This document shows, in pieces, positions 38,863 through 52,342 of a stretch of 64,000 bases of DNA. The position numbers and the translations under genes were made by a program. Position 1 is the stretch's first letter. Every line of letters starts with the position of its first letter. This DNA comes from Octopus sinensis (lineage: Eukaryota). The stretch spans positions 3,224,001-3,288,000 of the forward strand of contig NC_043005.1 in assembly GCF_006345805.1 (NCBI RefSeq), given 5' to 3'. The notes below the pieces were generated by a model that saw only the letters and a program-made list of their open reading frames with translations, did no database searches and was not told where the DNA came from.

Positions 38863-40600
38863 TTGTTGTTGGCATCCTTTTTGTCTCGGGAGACAATGGA
38901 GTTGCGTATAAAATAATCTAGTCCGGCTTTTATATTTCATGTCCTAATACATCTCCTGCTGTGGCTGTGTAGTCCTATCCTGGACAAACACTCCCTCTGG
39001 CAGGTGCCGCAAATGTAGCGAAGACTTTGCCTGACTGGTTGTAGTGTCATAGTTTCTTGCTGACGTCTTTTCTTGTCTTTCCATTTCTCCTCTCCCTCTA
39101 TGTCACTCCTTTGTGTTCCCTCTTTTACGGTACGTCACCAATCTCCACGGTTGCTGGCAACTGCTTCCCAGTTGGTAATATTGATGTTGCAGGCATTCAT
39201 GTCCCTTTTGCAAACATCCTTGTTTCGTAAGAACGGTCTTCCCACAGACCTAGTGCCCTTAGCAAGCTCTCCATTGAGTACGTCCTTGGGGATTCTGCCA
39301 TCTTCCATACGGCTAACATGTCGAAGCCATCTCATACGTCTTTGTGTGAGAAGTGCAAACATGCTTGGTATTCCTGCTTGCTTGAGGACATCTTTGTTGG
39401 GGACATGATTCTGCCAATTGATGCGAAGGATTTTCTGGAGGCAGCGCAACTGAAAGATATTTAGGCGACGTATGGCGTAGTATGGCGAGTGTATGGCGTC
39501 CAGGTCTCACTTCCATACAGTAGAGTGCTAAGTACACATGCCTGGTAAATCTTCATTTTTGTGGTCTTGGTCAGCTTATTGTTGTCCCATGCCCGTTTGG
39601 AGAGTTGGGCCATCACAGCAGCTGCTTTGCCAATGCGTATATTGAGCTCGGCATCAAGGGATAGGTTATAGGTGATGGTAGAGCCAAGATAGGTAAACTT
39701 CTCCATCTCCTGTAGTCTGTGGTCTCCAATATGTATGTTTGGGATGTCTGATGTAGCCTGACTCATGATGTTGGTTTTCTCGAGGCTGATAACTAAGCCA
39801 AAGTCGCTACATGCTTGCTCAAAACAGTTGATGAGCCTTCGTAGGGATTTTCCTGTGTGTGATACCAGAGCGGCATCATTAGCAAATAGCATCTCCTTGA
39901 TCAGGACGCTTCTGATTTTGGTCTTGGCACGCAGACGCGAGATATTGAACAGTTTCCCGTCACTTCTACTTTGCAGAAACACTCCATCATCTGATGTCTC
40001 AAAGGCATGTGACAGCAGCAGCGAGAAGAAGATGCCAAATAATGTAGGAGCAAAGGCACAACCTTGCTTTACCCCGTATTTTATTTGGAAGGCGGCTGAT
40101 GTTGAACCATTGTGCTGTATAATGCCTTGCATATCATCATGGAAAGATTTGATGATCCTCAGCAGCTTTGGTGGACATCCGATTTTTTGGAGCAGAATGA
40201 AGAGGCTTTTTCTACTTACCAAGTCAAAGGCCTTTGTCCGATCAATGAAGGCCATATATGATGGCATTTTCTGCTCTCTGGACTTCTCCTGAAGTTGGCG
40301 TATGGAGAATATCATGTCAATAGTTGATCTGCTTCTTCTAAAGCCACACTGCGATTCTGGATAAATTCGAGAAGCAAGCAGTTGCAGCCTGGACAGGATA
40401 ACGCGAGCAGAGGCCTTTCCAACAGTGCTTAGAAGAGGTATTCCACGGTAATTGTTACAATCACCACGTTCACCTTTGTTTTTGTAAAGCGTAATGATGT
40501 TAGCATCCCGCATATCCTGAGGGACTGTACCCTCTCCCCAGCACTGACACAGAAGCACTGACACAGAAGCTCATGAATGTGCCGAAGCAGGATGGTGTTT
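38863..40600 (-). mobile_element. 5'-truncated RTE (BovB-like) LINE
   Basis: ORF 39461-40564 DANIITLYKNKGERGDCNNYRGI, YPESQCGFR, GVKQGCAFAPTLF, LFANDAAL, LYGSETW; C-terminus continues to about 38940; tail ends GGATGCCAACAACAATA. Confidence 0.93.
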
Positions 40601-40609
40601 TTGCCGGTT

Positions 40610-40796
40610 TTGTTATTATTTGTGCGAAGTATAATGAAAACTCAAAGCTACAGAATGTTAGAGGTTATAGAAAATGTGGGGAGTTTTTTTCTCATTTTTT
40701 AACAGAATTGTTTTGGGATTGAAAAAGTCCTCACCTTGGGAAGAACATCGATTTCCTAAATATCCCCCACGCTGTTGAAAAACTGGAGACGCCGAT
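40610..40796. repeat. Unclassified 187-bp dispersed repeat, copy 2
   Basis: Matches 35910-36096. Confidence 0.9.
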
Positions 40797-41304
40797 ACTT
40801 GCCATTACATTTTTAATGAACCAAATTTGAACCATTTCGTTGCACAATACGTCTCCATCTTTCTTTTACCTTGAAAATATCCTCTTCCCAGAATCGGGGT
40901 GGTTTCAAGGCAAAGAATTCGTCAAGGTATCTTTTTACGTCATCTAAGGAATTGAAATTTCTACCATTAAGACTTTTCTGCAGAGACCTGAATAAGTGGA
41001 AATCCGAAGGAGCAATATCTGGGGAATAGGGAGGGTGGGGGTAACACATCCCAGCCGAGCTGCAGCAATTTTTGTCTGGTTCCCAATCAAGTGCCGAAAA
41101 TGAACTTTCTCATCTTTTATTTTAAAGGGTTACAGAATTAACACAGGTTAAAGGAACATAAACCTTCTTACACGAAAAGATAGCTTAAACTGTGCTCTAA
41201 ATGGAGGTGTAGTCAAATCCTATTTTATGGACTCAAACATGTTCTAAAATAAGTCGAAAGATAAGCTACTATAAATCGGCACGAACTTTCCGGACAACCC
41301 AATA
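40791..41304 (-). mobile_element. Internally deleted mariner (DD34D)
   Basis: HPPYSPDIAPSDFHLFRSL motif; one intact TIR ending 41304 (TATTGGGTTGTCCGGAAAGTTCGTGCCGAT on minus). Confidence 0.88.
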
Positions 41305-41595
41305 TTTCTATATTTTTATCCTGAAACTCTTAACATAAATATGTGTATATTCGTATGGAATAATATCTCATGTGCTACATCTGAATTTTCTTGTCTGAAT
41401 GTTTTAAGACAAATATCCGAAATTTTTATTGTATACCACATTTTATTAATACTTAGCTCATATACGGAGACAAAAATGTTGTACTATATACTGCAGGTTA
41501 TCTCCATTAAAACTCTCGTATTATATACATTATATATATATAATATACTGTAATATATATAATATAATATACTATATATATAATATACTGTAATA

Positions 41596-42890
41596 GCTGC
41601 TGTAATCAACTCATCGAGTTTCTTGAGAACGTTGCCCAAATCACTGATCGCGGATCCTGGGTGGATGTCGTTTACTTGGACTTTGCTAAGGCTTTTAACT
41701 CTGTGCCACACAAAAAACTTATGGTGAAGCTCTCTGCGTTGGGCATAAGAGACGAACTCTATAACTGGTTGAAGTCCTTTATTTTCGGCCTAAAAGAGGT
41801 TGTCACAGTTCTAGGACAGCACTCTTCGCCCTATGAGATGACATCAGGTGTACCACAGGGATCTGTTCTTGGCCCCCTTTTATTTGTTGCATATGTTAAT
41901 GACATAGATGCCAACTTAAAGAATGCCACAGTGCTGAAATATGCAGATGACATCAAGCTGTACCTCGAAATAAAGAGGTCAGATCCTGTACACTATGGAT
42001 CTCTATTGCAAGCAGACCTGGACACAATGCAGCAGTGGATCATGGACTGGCAACTCAAGCTGGCTGTGGACAAATGTACCACTATGCATTTTGGGAGGAG
42101 AAATCCAGCGTCCACCTATTCCCTCCATAACACTAGTCTCAAAAAGTCTTCATATGAACGTGACCTGGGTGTTATTGTCGACAGCGATTTGCGTTGGACA
42201 AAACACATCGCTAAAATTGTCAAGAAGGCTGAGGGTGTCTTGGCATCACTCACCAAGTCCTTTGTGAGCCGCTCTCCTGCTATCTATCTGCGGCTTTATA
42301 TAGCTATGGTAAGACCTCACCTGGAATTTAACTCACCGGTCTGGAACCCCTATCATGCCCAGGATATCAATCGTCTGGAAGCCGTTCAGCGACGTGCAAC
42401 CAAAAGAATACCCTCCATCAGGTATTTGCCATATTCTGAACGCCTTACTTCCCAGGGCATGGACACATTGAAACTCCAACATCTGGCAACTGACTTGGCA
42501 GACACCCATAAAATTATCAACCATCGTACAAACAATAACTCTGAGCACCTTTTCTAACACTCGTGGACATATTTACAAAGTCAGAAAACAGCACAGCTCC
42601 CATGACTTCAGGAAACATTTTTTCACGCTGAGAGTTGCTGAAGCTTGGAACAAACTGCCGGCATCAGTTGTTAGTTGTCGGAACACTGCATCCTTCAAAA
42701 CTTCCATGCTTCCTGAGGTTCGCCAACACTACACCTGATTTTCTCCCCTCCATACACACACAGGCATGTACCTGACTCATGTATTGTTCGCTTTCCAGAC
42801 ATTTGTACACTACTGAATGTGCTTTATGTGCACTGTCTGACAAGTTGTGGTGCACCTGAGCACTGTATACAATAATTTCATTATTATTAT
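41596..42890 (+). mobile_element. 5'-truncated CR1-group LINE (RT domain and 3' UTR)
   Basis: ORF 41661-42557 DVVYLDFAKAFNSVPH, SGVPQGSVLGPLLF, KYADDIKL, LEAVQRRATK; (TTA)n tail. Confidence 0.93.
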
Positions 42891-43274
42891 ATATCATACA
42901 CATTGGCGAAAATAAATTTAAGACCGATGATAAAAGTTCTATTTCTTACAAAATATTCTGTTACTAGTCCTTTGCCGATCTTTATATTGACCAGTCTCCG
43001 AGTATAACTTCCACGCTTGCACGCAAGCCGGTTTACTGCACTTTAGTTGCTTGCTGATGTTCGAAAAGGAAACTTTTTGCTGTAATATACGATTTTTGCT
43101 CTCGTGACTGGACTAAGGCTACGTTGTTTCCCATTATTAATAAATTGTATAATAGTATTAAATTATAACTTTATATGGTGCATTTAGGCTCGTTGTGTGA
43201 CCACCCATTTTGGCCAAAAAAATTGCATACATATTACATGGTCTTAAACTAATTTTGCCGGTAAGTTTGAAACG

Positions 43275-43447
43275 TTTATATTACGTTCTGAGTTCAAATT
43301 CCGCCGAGGTCTTCTTTGCCTTTCATCCTTTCGGGGTCGATAAATTAAGTACCAGTTACGCACTGGGGTCGATGTAATCGACTTAATCTATTTGTCTGTC
43401 CTTGTTTGTCCCCTCTATGTTTAGCCCCTTGTGGGCAGTAAAGAAAT
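43275..43447 (+). mobile_element. 5'-truncated SINE family A
   Basis: Close match to 17915-18080. Confidence 0.9.
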
Positions 43448-43632
43448 ATATATTAATTTAGCATTAGAATTCTTCAAGTTGTATAAAAATTGTTTGCATC
43501 ATTCGAAAGAGAAATACATTTTGCATAAGGTGTAAAAGATATAAATAATTTGTATGGTGTTAGTAACAAAATATTTTGTAAGAAATAGAGCTTTTATCGT
43601 CGGTCTTAAATATATTTTCGCCAGTGTATATA

Positions 43633-44712
43633 TCTCAGGTCATCCCATAAGTTCCGTCCGAATTTTGGATAAAGAATCCAAGTGATCAAATGTTATATTT
43701 AATTGAAAGTTAATCATCAATGTACTTTCCCTGATTATCTATGACTTACTTTCATCTATTTACTAGCCTTTTAATCCCATCAATGTAAAACTCTTTTGGT
43801 TTCAAAGCGAAGAACTCCTCCTGGCTTGCGAAAGTTGTGCCTCCCTAATAATTCTGTAAACTATGAAACAAATGGTATCCTGAAGGAGTAAGGTCGGGAG
43901 AATAAGTTGGATGAAGAAATGTTTCCAAACTGACCTCTTCGATCTTCTGTGATGTGATCTTTGTAGTGTGGGGTTGCGCATTGTCCTGATGAAACATCAC
44001 TCGTTTTCGACTCACTAAAGCGGCTCTTTTTTCCTTCAAAGCTTGGTTCAAACGCTCTAATTGCTGACAGTAGACTTGAGCATTGATTGTTGCATTAGGT
44101 GGTAACAATATAAAGTGAATTACGCCTTTGCAATCGCACCAGATAGAGTAAAACCTTTTTCCCATGAAGTTCCCTTCTCGGTTGTGGTTGAGCATTTTCC
44201 CTTTTACCAAGCCACTGTTTACGACGTTTAACATTTCGATAGAAAATCCATTATTCGTCACAAGTCTATCGAAAAAGGGTGAAATGAGTTTGCGAGAATG
44301 GAGAGAAGAGCAGATGTCAACTCGGGATTTGCGGTTGCTTTCGGACAATACATGAGGCACCTATTTTCCAAGTTTAGGAATCTTTCCCCGTTGTTGAAGA
44401 TGACGATGAACTGTTGTATGGTTTGAAGTAAGCTTTATTGCCAATTCTTCAACTGATAATGACGGATTTTCTTCAAATAATTCCTCAAGGAGCTTATCAT
44501 CAAACTCAACTGGACATCCTACTCGATCTTCATCTTCAATTTTGCAAACGATCTCCTGGAAGTTCTTTCATTCGAGCACTTTGCCATAAACTGAGTATAT
44601 GTTTCGAGTCACTTCGGCTGCAGAGTTACCTTTATTGTACTCATAAAGAATTATATGTGCCTTAAATGCTCCTTGGATACTTTCATGTTGAAAGGGTTTT
44701 AATCAAAGCAAT
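43633..44712 (-). mobile_element. Mariner transposon, decayed, 5' TIR missing
   Basis: ATG at 44686 (MKVSKEHLRHI), VPHVLSESNRKSRVDIC, FHQDNAQPH, YSPDLTPSGYHLFHSL; TIR-like end near 43633. Confidence 0.9.
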
Positions 44713-44714
44713 TT

Positions 44715-46042
44715 TAGGGTGTCCACGAAGTCTGGGTACATGGAATAAAATCATAACATAAACAAATATAAGAAATAATAATTTTCCTTTTTTACTTTTG
44801 TTTAAATTAAATAAAAAAAATACCTTACTTTTCTAAATTTATTTGTTATTTTTTCTACAGATGATCGAATGATGGCTCTGTCTAAAGAAGAAAGAATCCC
44901 AGATCGAATGATGGATCTCTCTAAAGAAGAAAGAATCGAGTTAGTATTATTAAGTGGACGAGAGGGATGGTCTTATCGCAAAATTGCTGAAGAATTTAAT
45001 CTTCGACACCCTTATAGGCAACCTATTTTTTTACTGCCGTCGGGAAATTGATCAAGAAATTTAAAGAAACAGGCAGTGTTTTGGATAAACCCCGTTCCGG
45101 GCGACCAAAGTCTTCGGATGAAACGAAAGAGGCTGTCATGGCTAAAGTTTCTGCTAGCCCAAAGAAATCACGTCGTCGGACATCCACGGTGTCAGGTATT
45201 CCAAAACCAACCATCCACAAAATGCTGGTTGAGGAAAAGTTTCATCGATACAACCTACAGATATTGCATCACTTAAATGAAGACGACCCTGATAGACGAA
45301 TGTAGACGTGCGAATGGTTTTCAGATAAATTGGATGAAAATATCAATTTTACGAAAAACTTTGTTGCTCGGTGACAATTCTACGTTTTATGTAAATGGTG
45401 AGGTCAACAGACAGAATCTTCTATACTGGTCTCGAGGTAATCCACATTGGATGGATCCATCCAAACAGCAAGGCAGCAAAAAGGTGATGGTGTGGTGTGG
45501 TTTGTGGAAAGCTCATGTTCTAAGACCCTTCTTCATTGAACATGTAACGGATGTGACTTATGTAAACATATTGAGAGACAAATTAATATCTCAAATTGAG
45601 CGCCTAGGCGAGGGCCTTCCAAATTGGTTTCAGTAGGATGGGGCCCCTGCCCATTTTGTCACAACTGTTAGAGATTGGCTTAATGACACTTTGCCTCACT
45701 GGATTGGAAGGAGGGCTCATATGGAAAGGTCCCCTCGTTCACCAGACCTTTCTCCTCTTGATTTCTTTTTCTGGGGTATGTTGAAAGAGAACGATTACAA
45801 TAAAGATTACAGATTTAAAACACATGAGAGAACGCATTAACAGTCAGTGTGCTGAAATTGATGGCAATGTAGACTTATTTAATCAAGTTCACCTGAATTC
45901 TGCAAGGCGCATCAAGTTAAGCATTGAAAAATGATGGAAATCACTTTGAAAATATTATTTATTAACATTATAATTGAATAAAATTGGTTTGTTTTAAAAG
46001 TATGTGTTAATCCCCATGTACGCAGACTTTGTGGACACCCTC
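44715..46042 (+). mobile_element. Tc1/mariner-superfamily element of rosa/VS type (DD40D spacing), decayed
   Basis: TIRs AGGGTGTCCACGAAGTCTGGGTACATGG / CCATGTACGCAGACTTTGTGGACACCCT; KPRSGRP, KVMVWCGL, DGAPAH..SPDLSPLDFFFWG with 40 residues between 2nd and 3rd D. Confidence 0.88.
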
Positions 46043-46569
46043 TATTATTTTGTAAAACAATATTGAATTAGTTTAAACGTACACAAATGCATAAAAATAA
46101 TTTTTAATTGAATTAGACATTTGAAAATACTATTAAATTTCATTCAAATCTAAAATTGGACAGAACTGATTGGATAACTTGATATATATAATCTATGATA
46201 TTCTAGTAGGTTTCAAGTTTATAACACCTTGATATCTCATGTTATCTCATTTTATATGATTAAGACGTTTATTTTCTATTCTGGTTTTTATATATTTCTA
46301 TACATTATATTTGTATCTATAATTTATTTTAAGCCGAATCATAATACGATCCTTGTACAAACGAAAGAACAAGAATGTCCTCTGGAACTTTTATCTTCCA
46401 CCGGTGTTTGTAATCGATGGTGAGATGTGCAATGATTTTGCGACTATCTTATATTTTACAGAGAAATTGGAAGCCCCGAATGTAAGCCACCACATTATGC
46501 ATAATATAGTTCCCTATTTCTAACTCAAATTCTGTCATCAATAATTATAGATCTCTATTTCTAAATGTA

Positions 46570-46890
46570 ATTCTTTTTCTTCTCGTTCAGTATATAACTA
46601 TAACACGCATTCTTGTCTGTCTCTTGACAAGGCTTCTTTTCTCCAGCGTTCACCACTTCACCTCGTTAGGGTTAAACAGCCCTTACCGAATGTTTTCACT
46701 GTCCTGTTTTTGTTAGCAGCTTTGACGTTCCACGTATCTCAATTTTTATTTAATTTGCTTTGGGGAGCAATTGCTTTGACGAACACGCATCTTGTTGCAC
46801 TGCTCGCTATGCGGAGTAAGTAAATCTGCCAACAATTGAGGAAGGGTTGTTTTTTTATGCTGCATTCGCGCTATAGTTCTCAATATATAA
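46570..46890 (-). mobile_element. Degenerate 5' coding region of an RTE-like LINE
   Basis: Minus frames give TWNVKAANK and EVKW, resembling the APE endonuclease start (GTWNVRTL...EVRW). Confidence 0.5.
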
Positions 46891-47245
46891 TGGTCGCCAT
46901 AGCGTCGGCTGAGGGCTGGTAGCTGTGTACAGTCGCCCCAATGCCGCCCAGAGCGAGCTCTGGTCGCCATAGTGTCGGCTGCGGGCCGGTAGCTGTGTAC
47001 AGTCACCCCAATGCCGCCCAGAGCCGAGCTCTGGTCGCCATAGCGTCGGCTGCGGGCCGGTAGCTGTGTACAGTCACCCCAATGCCGCCCAAAGCCGAGC
47101 TCTGGTCGCCATAGCGTCGGCTGCGGGCCGGTAGCTGTGTACAGTCGCCCAAACGCCGCCCAGAGCGAGCTCTGGTAACCATAGTGTCGACTGTGGGTCG
47201 GTAGCTGTGTACAGTCGCCCCAACACCGCCCAGAGCGAGCTCTGG
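46891..47245. repeat. GC/CpG-rich tandem repeat, 5 x 70-71 bp
   Basis: Units start at 46891, 46961, 47032, 47103, 47173. Confidence 0.97.
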
Positions 47246-47551
47246 CTGGTATGATGCTATAGCAGAAGACACATGCCAAGTCACCACACAGTGGGACTGA
47301 ACTGAGGACTAAGTGTTTTGGAACCAAGTTTGTTACCACACAGTCACACATGCGCCTGTGTGGGGGGGTATCGGTATGTGTGTATGGGTGTATATATGTA
47401 TGCATGTATATATATGTATATATATATATGTGTACATATTACATGTACATCTATATATAGATCTAGACATACATGTTTACATATACATGTATATCTATAG
47501 AAATACATCTATGCATATACAGCTATACATATACATCAGTATATATACATG

Positions 47552-47607
<56 letters not shown>

Positions 47608-47609
47608 AC

Positions 47610-47679
<70 letters not shown>

Positions 47680-47689
47680 CATATATATA

Positions 47690-47779
<90 letters not shown>

Positions 47780-48072
47780 CAATAATAAATCTCTGAACGA
47801 GATATAAACAGTAACCGCTTGACAACGTAAGGTGTACTAGCCATCTGAATGTGGCTAGCCACTGGGGGTGGGGTGTTACTGATGCTTTTAGCCCCAGGCG
47901 ATCAACGTCACCAGATGGACTTTAGACACTATCTCAGTGCCCTTGTGTTATTTGCAAAGGGAGGTCATCCTCCCTCGAAGACCTAAGTACTACATACGGA
48001 CTATAGTTTCAAGGTAATTGCCTCTCGTCAACGCATGGTAAGCACCGGTCTTCGATGAAGGAGTCCCCTTGC

Positions 48073-48164
48073 AAATAATATATAACGTTTTTCACAGCAA
48101 CCACTGTCACTGATTTTTCTAAATCAGTGACAGTGGTTGCTGTGAAAAACGTTATATATTATTT
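48073..48164. repeat. Perfect 44-bp inverted repeat with 4-nt loop
   Basis: 48073-48116 is the exact reverse complement of 48121-48164; loop TTCT. Confidence 0.95.
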
Positions 48165-48227
48165 ATATATTATGCATGTATATATGTGCATATATATATA
48201 TATGTGTGTACATATTACATGTACATC

Positions 48228-48286
<59 letters not shown>

Positions 48287-49324
48287 TATATATATATATA
48301 TATATATACATCTACACATAAAATACAAAATAGAAAGTAATATCTTGATATCGCTAGTGATAACAATACTCAAAATATATAACAGACTGGAATTGTAGGC
48401 CCGTCTCTAGCAATTTCGATCAATTGGATCTTGTATAGAAGTGTACGGCTGCAGCGAAATTCATTTTTGGACTTTCTTCTATCGAAGGCATTTTAACAAA
48501 AATGCTTCCGTAAAGACGGTGAAAATATTGTCAATTTCCCCAAACAGGGACACACATCAATTTTAAAACAATAACCAAAGCCCCTTCTCCGAAAGGGGGA
48601 GGGTTACGATTTACAATTATTTAACAAATGCAACACAGCAACGTTTCCCTGACGAGGAACCAACAAACGTGATTACAATAGTCAAACAGTAATAATAATA
48701 ACAACAAACCTTTTTAATGTATCCCCATTTATGTGAAACCACTTATTCAAGTTCAAGTCATTGATGCAATTTTATACGAATTGCTAATACACACACACAC
48801 ATAATAAGGGTGAAAAATTGAATACTAATTTGATTAATATGAATTGAAAACTAGTGGTGTAGCATATAAGACCACATCGGTTGTTCTTCTAGCAAAAAGG
48901 ATGACCAGTATTAATTGCTCATCCCTTTTATATAAATACTTTCACTTTAATCGTTGCATACTTGCAAAGAGAAAGGAGGAGAAAGTGTAGTGGTAATGGT
49001 AGGAGTGAAGCACTTGAAATGAAAGAGGGAAATGGTAAAATATTTACTTTTCTCGAATTTTTGCTTAATTGGGGGTGAAATTGAAAAAACTTTACATGCC
49101 ACGACCCGATGGAATCTACTTGTAAAAATGATAGGTAAATTCCAATTGAAGAAATTCCATATTGTAGAATTGTATAAAAAACAAACGGTTTGGGAGGCAG
49201 ATAAAATCTGCCTTTTATCATAAGAGATATATATATATATGGATATGTATGTATATATATATGTATATATATGTGTGTGTATATATGTATATATATATAT
49301 GTGTATGTTGTTGTTGTTATGCCT

Positions 49325-51128
49325 AGTGTGACATATATTTGGTTTTGCATTTAGTGTTGTACTAGTCAATGTCTAAAAAAATAGATAAATAAAAATACGA
49401 GAATTATGTTTGTTTTAAAACTTGAGCTTACATTGAAAGTATTTTGCGTAGGATATGAGCAATTCCCATGAGCACTGTCTTTTGAATTTCTGCCATTTTG
49501 GGGTTTCCTGGTATCTGAGTTAGGTAGCAATCAGCCCCTTTTGCTATTATTCTCAGGGCACCTATGACAACAGGCATTGTTTTAGTTTTCAGGTTCCACA
49601 TTTTGCTAATTTCTATTTCCAGATCTTTATACTTGCTCAGTTTTTGGCAGGTCTTGACAGATACATTTATTTCAATTGGGACAGTCATACCAATGAGGAG
49701 GCATGTTCTTTGTCTGAAGTCTTTCAATATAATGTCTGGCCTATTTGCATCTATCTTTCTGTCAGTTTGAATGGTGAAGTTCCAGAGGAGTGAGATGTGG
49801 TCATTTTCAAGCACAGGAGGTGGATTGTGTTCCCACCAGTTTTTTTCATGGGGCAAATCCAGGTTTTTGCAAATTACCCAGTGAATATATTGTGCTGCCC
49901 TCTCATGCCTGTTGAGATACTCTGTAGGCACAGGAAGACTGCACATGGAGACAACATGATCAATGGTTTCATTTTGTTGTTGACATACACGACATGTTTG
50001 GTTACTGCCGTTCTTTAATATGTTGGCCTGGTAGTTCCTTGCAGATAGGTATTGATCTTGAGTTGCTATGATAAACCCTTCTGTTTCAGATTTTAAGCCA
50101 GAGGCCATTAGCCATTGATGGGTCAGGGCTTTGTCAACATCTGCATTATTCGCTCTCTTTGGGTATTTGCCATAGAGAAGTTTTTCTTGACATTTATAAT
50201 TCAGAATATCTAAGGCAGCAGTTTTAGCACGGGTTTTCATGCGCTTAGCTTTTTCTGTGCTTGTTTCTTGTATGTCTAATTCCGAAATTTGTTGTATTCG
50301 GAATTCACTTAGATATTCTTTTGCCTGTTTTGTTACTAAGTATGATGCTTTCTTGTTTTAACATCCAGTCCTCATAGTTTTTCAGGTAGGTGTCTAGGCC
50401 AATTGTAGCAATCTTCATTGTTATTGCCAGTTGTAAAAGTCCACGGCCTCCTTCATTTCTTGGCAGATAAAGTCGTTCTATATCTGCCTTAGGGTGGTGC
50501 ATTCTATGCATTGTCAACAGTTTTCGTATTTTTCTGTCAAGATTACATATTTCAGTAATTGACCAGGTAACGATATTGAAACTGTAAATCACGACTGGTA
50601 TGGCTAATGTATTGATCGCTTCGATCCTGTTTCTCGCATTCAGCTCTGTCTTGAGTATTGCTCTTACTCTGCGATAACATTCTCTCCTGATCCTTTCCTT
50701 CATCACTGAATGCCTTATTCCGTCCCCTTCAATTACCCCTAGGTACTTGTAGCTCTCCGCTGGGTCTAATTCTTTTATGACATTCTGCTGGTCAAGGTTA
50801 ACGTTAGATGTTTCTGTCATTTTTCCTTTGATAAAGGTAACTTTTGCACATTTATCGAGGCCTAATTGCATTCTGATGTCATCACTGAATTGTTTAACAA
50901 TCGCTAGTCAGCCCTTGAGTTGTTGGTCATTTTTTGCCACGAGCTTTAAATCATCCATGTAAATGAGATGATTTATATTTTTATCAAACATTTTATAGCC
51001 GTACTGCGCGTCATTGAGCAGTTTTGAGAGAGGTATTAAGGATAAACAAAAGAGGAGTGGTGATAGTGAGTCACCCTGGAAAATGCCACATGAAATTTTT
51101 ACATCACCAGCATTTAGAGATTCATTGT
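49325..51128 (-). mobile_element. 5'-truncated R4-like RLE element, further subfamily
   Basis: GIFQGDSLSPLLFCL, HLIYMDDLKL, ORFs 50305-50871 and 49428-50240 (CRVCQQQNETIDHVVSMC, RPDII, KLSKYKDL); ends adjacent to (TAA)/(AAC) repeats. Confidence 0.93.
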
Positions 51129-51149
51129 CATTATTATTATTGTTGTTGC

Positions 51150-51186
<37 letters not shown>

Positions 51187-51189
51187 AAC

Positions 51190-51350
51190 GGATTTTGAAA
51201 TGAAACTATCACTTAGAAGTGGGTTTGTGACAAATCCGATCTTTCACCACACGATTGATGTGATTGACGGATTGTTATTTATTACATCATTCAAAAAGAT
51301 ACGCATCTCATCATCAACCTTTACATTCTTCCGCCCACCCGCCAGCTATT
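51190..51350 (-). mobile_element. Old IS630/Tc1-like transposase HTH fragment; diverged inverted copy at about 55205-55370
   Basis: Peptide GGRKNVKVDDEMRIFLNDVINNNPSIT; shared block CACTTCTAAGT.ATAGTT.CATTTCAAAATCCGT in both copies. Confidence 0.45.
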
Positions 51351-52199
51351 TGCAATGAGTGGATGACAGCAAACCCACAGCGGTGCTGCAACACCCTGCA
51401 AGACGATCGCGATCACTCAAACCATCAGAGATTCGAGTACGGGATTTACGTCCTGTATGGCCAGTTTGAAGAATACTACTGCTATTTTTAGCCCTAGGAA
51501 GCACCACTTCCTGTCAGCCTTGACACATTTCCTGTGTCCTTATGTTCACAAAGGGAGAGATAAGCACCTCTACCCAGCAAAGCCAGCATCCAGAGGCTAG
51601 TTTCTGAGTCATTGCTCGTCATCAGTTACTTCTAACAATGCAGTTTATCAGAAAGAAGATAAAGTTGTAAAACGGTTCTCGTATAACGTAATTTATTTAT
51701 GACAGACACATTTATGCTTTCCTGCTTTATTCCAGTAAACGGTTACAGAATTGCATTAGCTCAAATTCGTCTATTGACCCCTACAAAACCAATTTAAGAT
51801 ATATCTCAACAGATTTATGACGAAACGTAACTTAGTTTTCTGCAAAATACATTTGCCAAATGGGGATGCGTCTTATGCGTGAGTGCGCCATACACGTTGG
51901 CAATTGCTGTAATGAAATATAGGAAAGGTGGATGGGCGGGATCGGAAACTCCGCCGAAATACTTTTACACATAAACACATTTGCATATAGATGCATACCT
52001 GTTCCTTTACACACAACTATATACGTGTGCGTATTGTTATTCTCACACACACACACACACATGCATAGGATTACACCCTACTGTTCACAAACACTCCTCT
52101 ACACAGTCACATATAGACGCACACATAGGTACATACACACGCATACATAAACGTGAACACTTTTAATCCATGTACGACGTGCACTTTTACGTAGATAAA

Positions 52200-52279
52200 A
52201 AACACCACCGCCACCACCACCACCACCACCACCACCACCACCTTACAATCATCACCTCCAGAACGAACCTTATTAACAA

Positions 52280-52342
<63 letters not shown>

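Noticed and set aside
25620-40292. Antisense ORFs over LINE coding regions (e.g. 25620-26036, 26827-27201, 39765-40292)
   Set aside because: Shadow frames of retrotransposon ORFs with no independent evidence.
46891-47245. CRISPR-like array
   Set aside because: Whole units repeat with no unique spacers, no cas genes, eukaryotic context.
46746-47405. 219-aa minus ORF across the 70-bp repeat
   Set aside because: Units of 70-71 bp shift frame each copy, so the reading frame is not under coding constraint.
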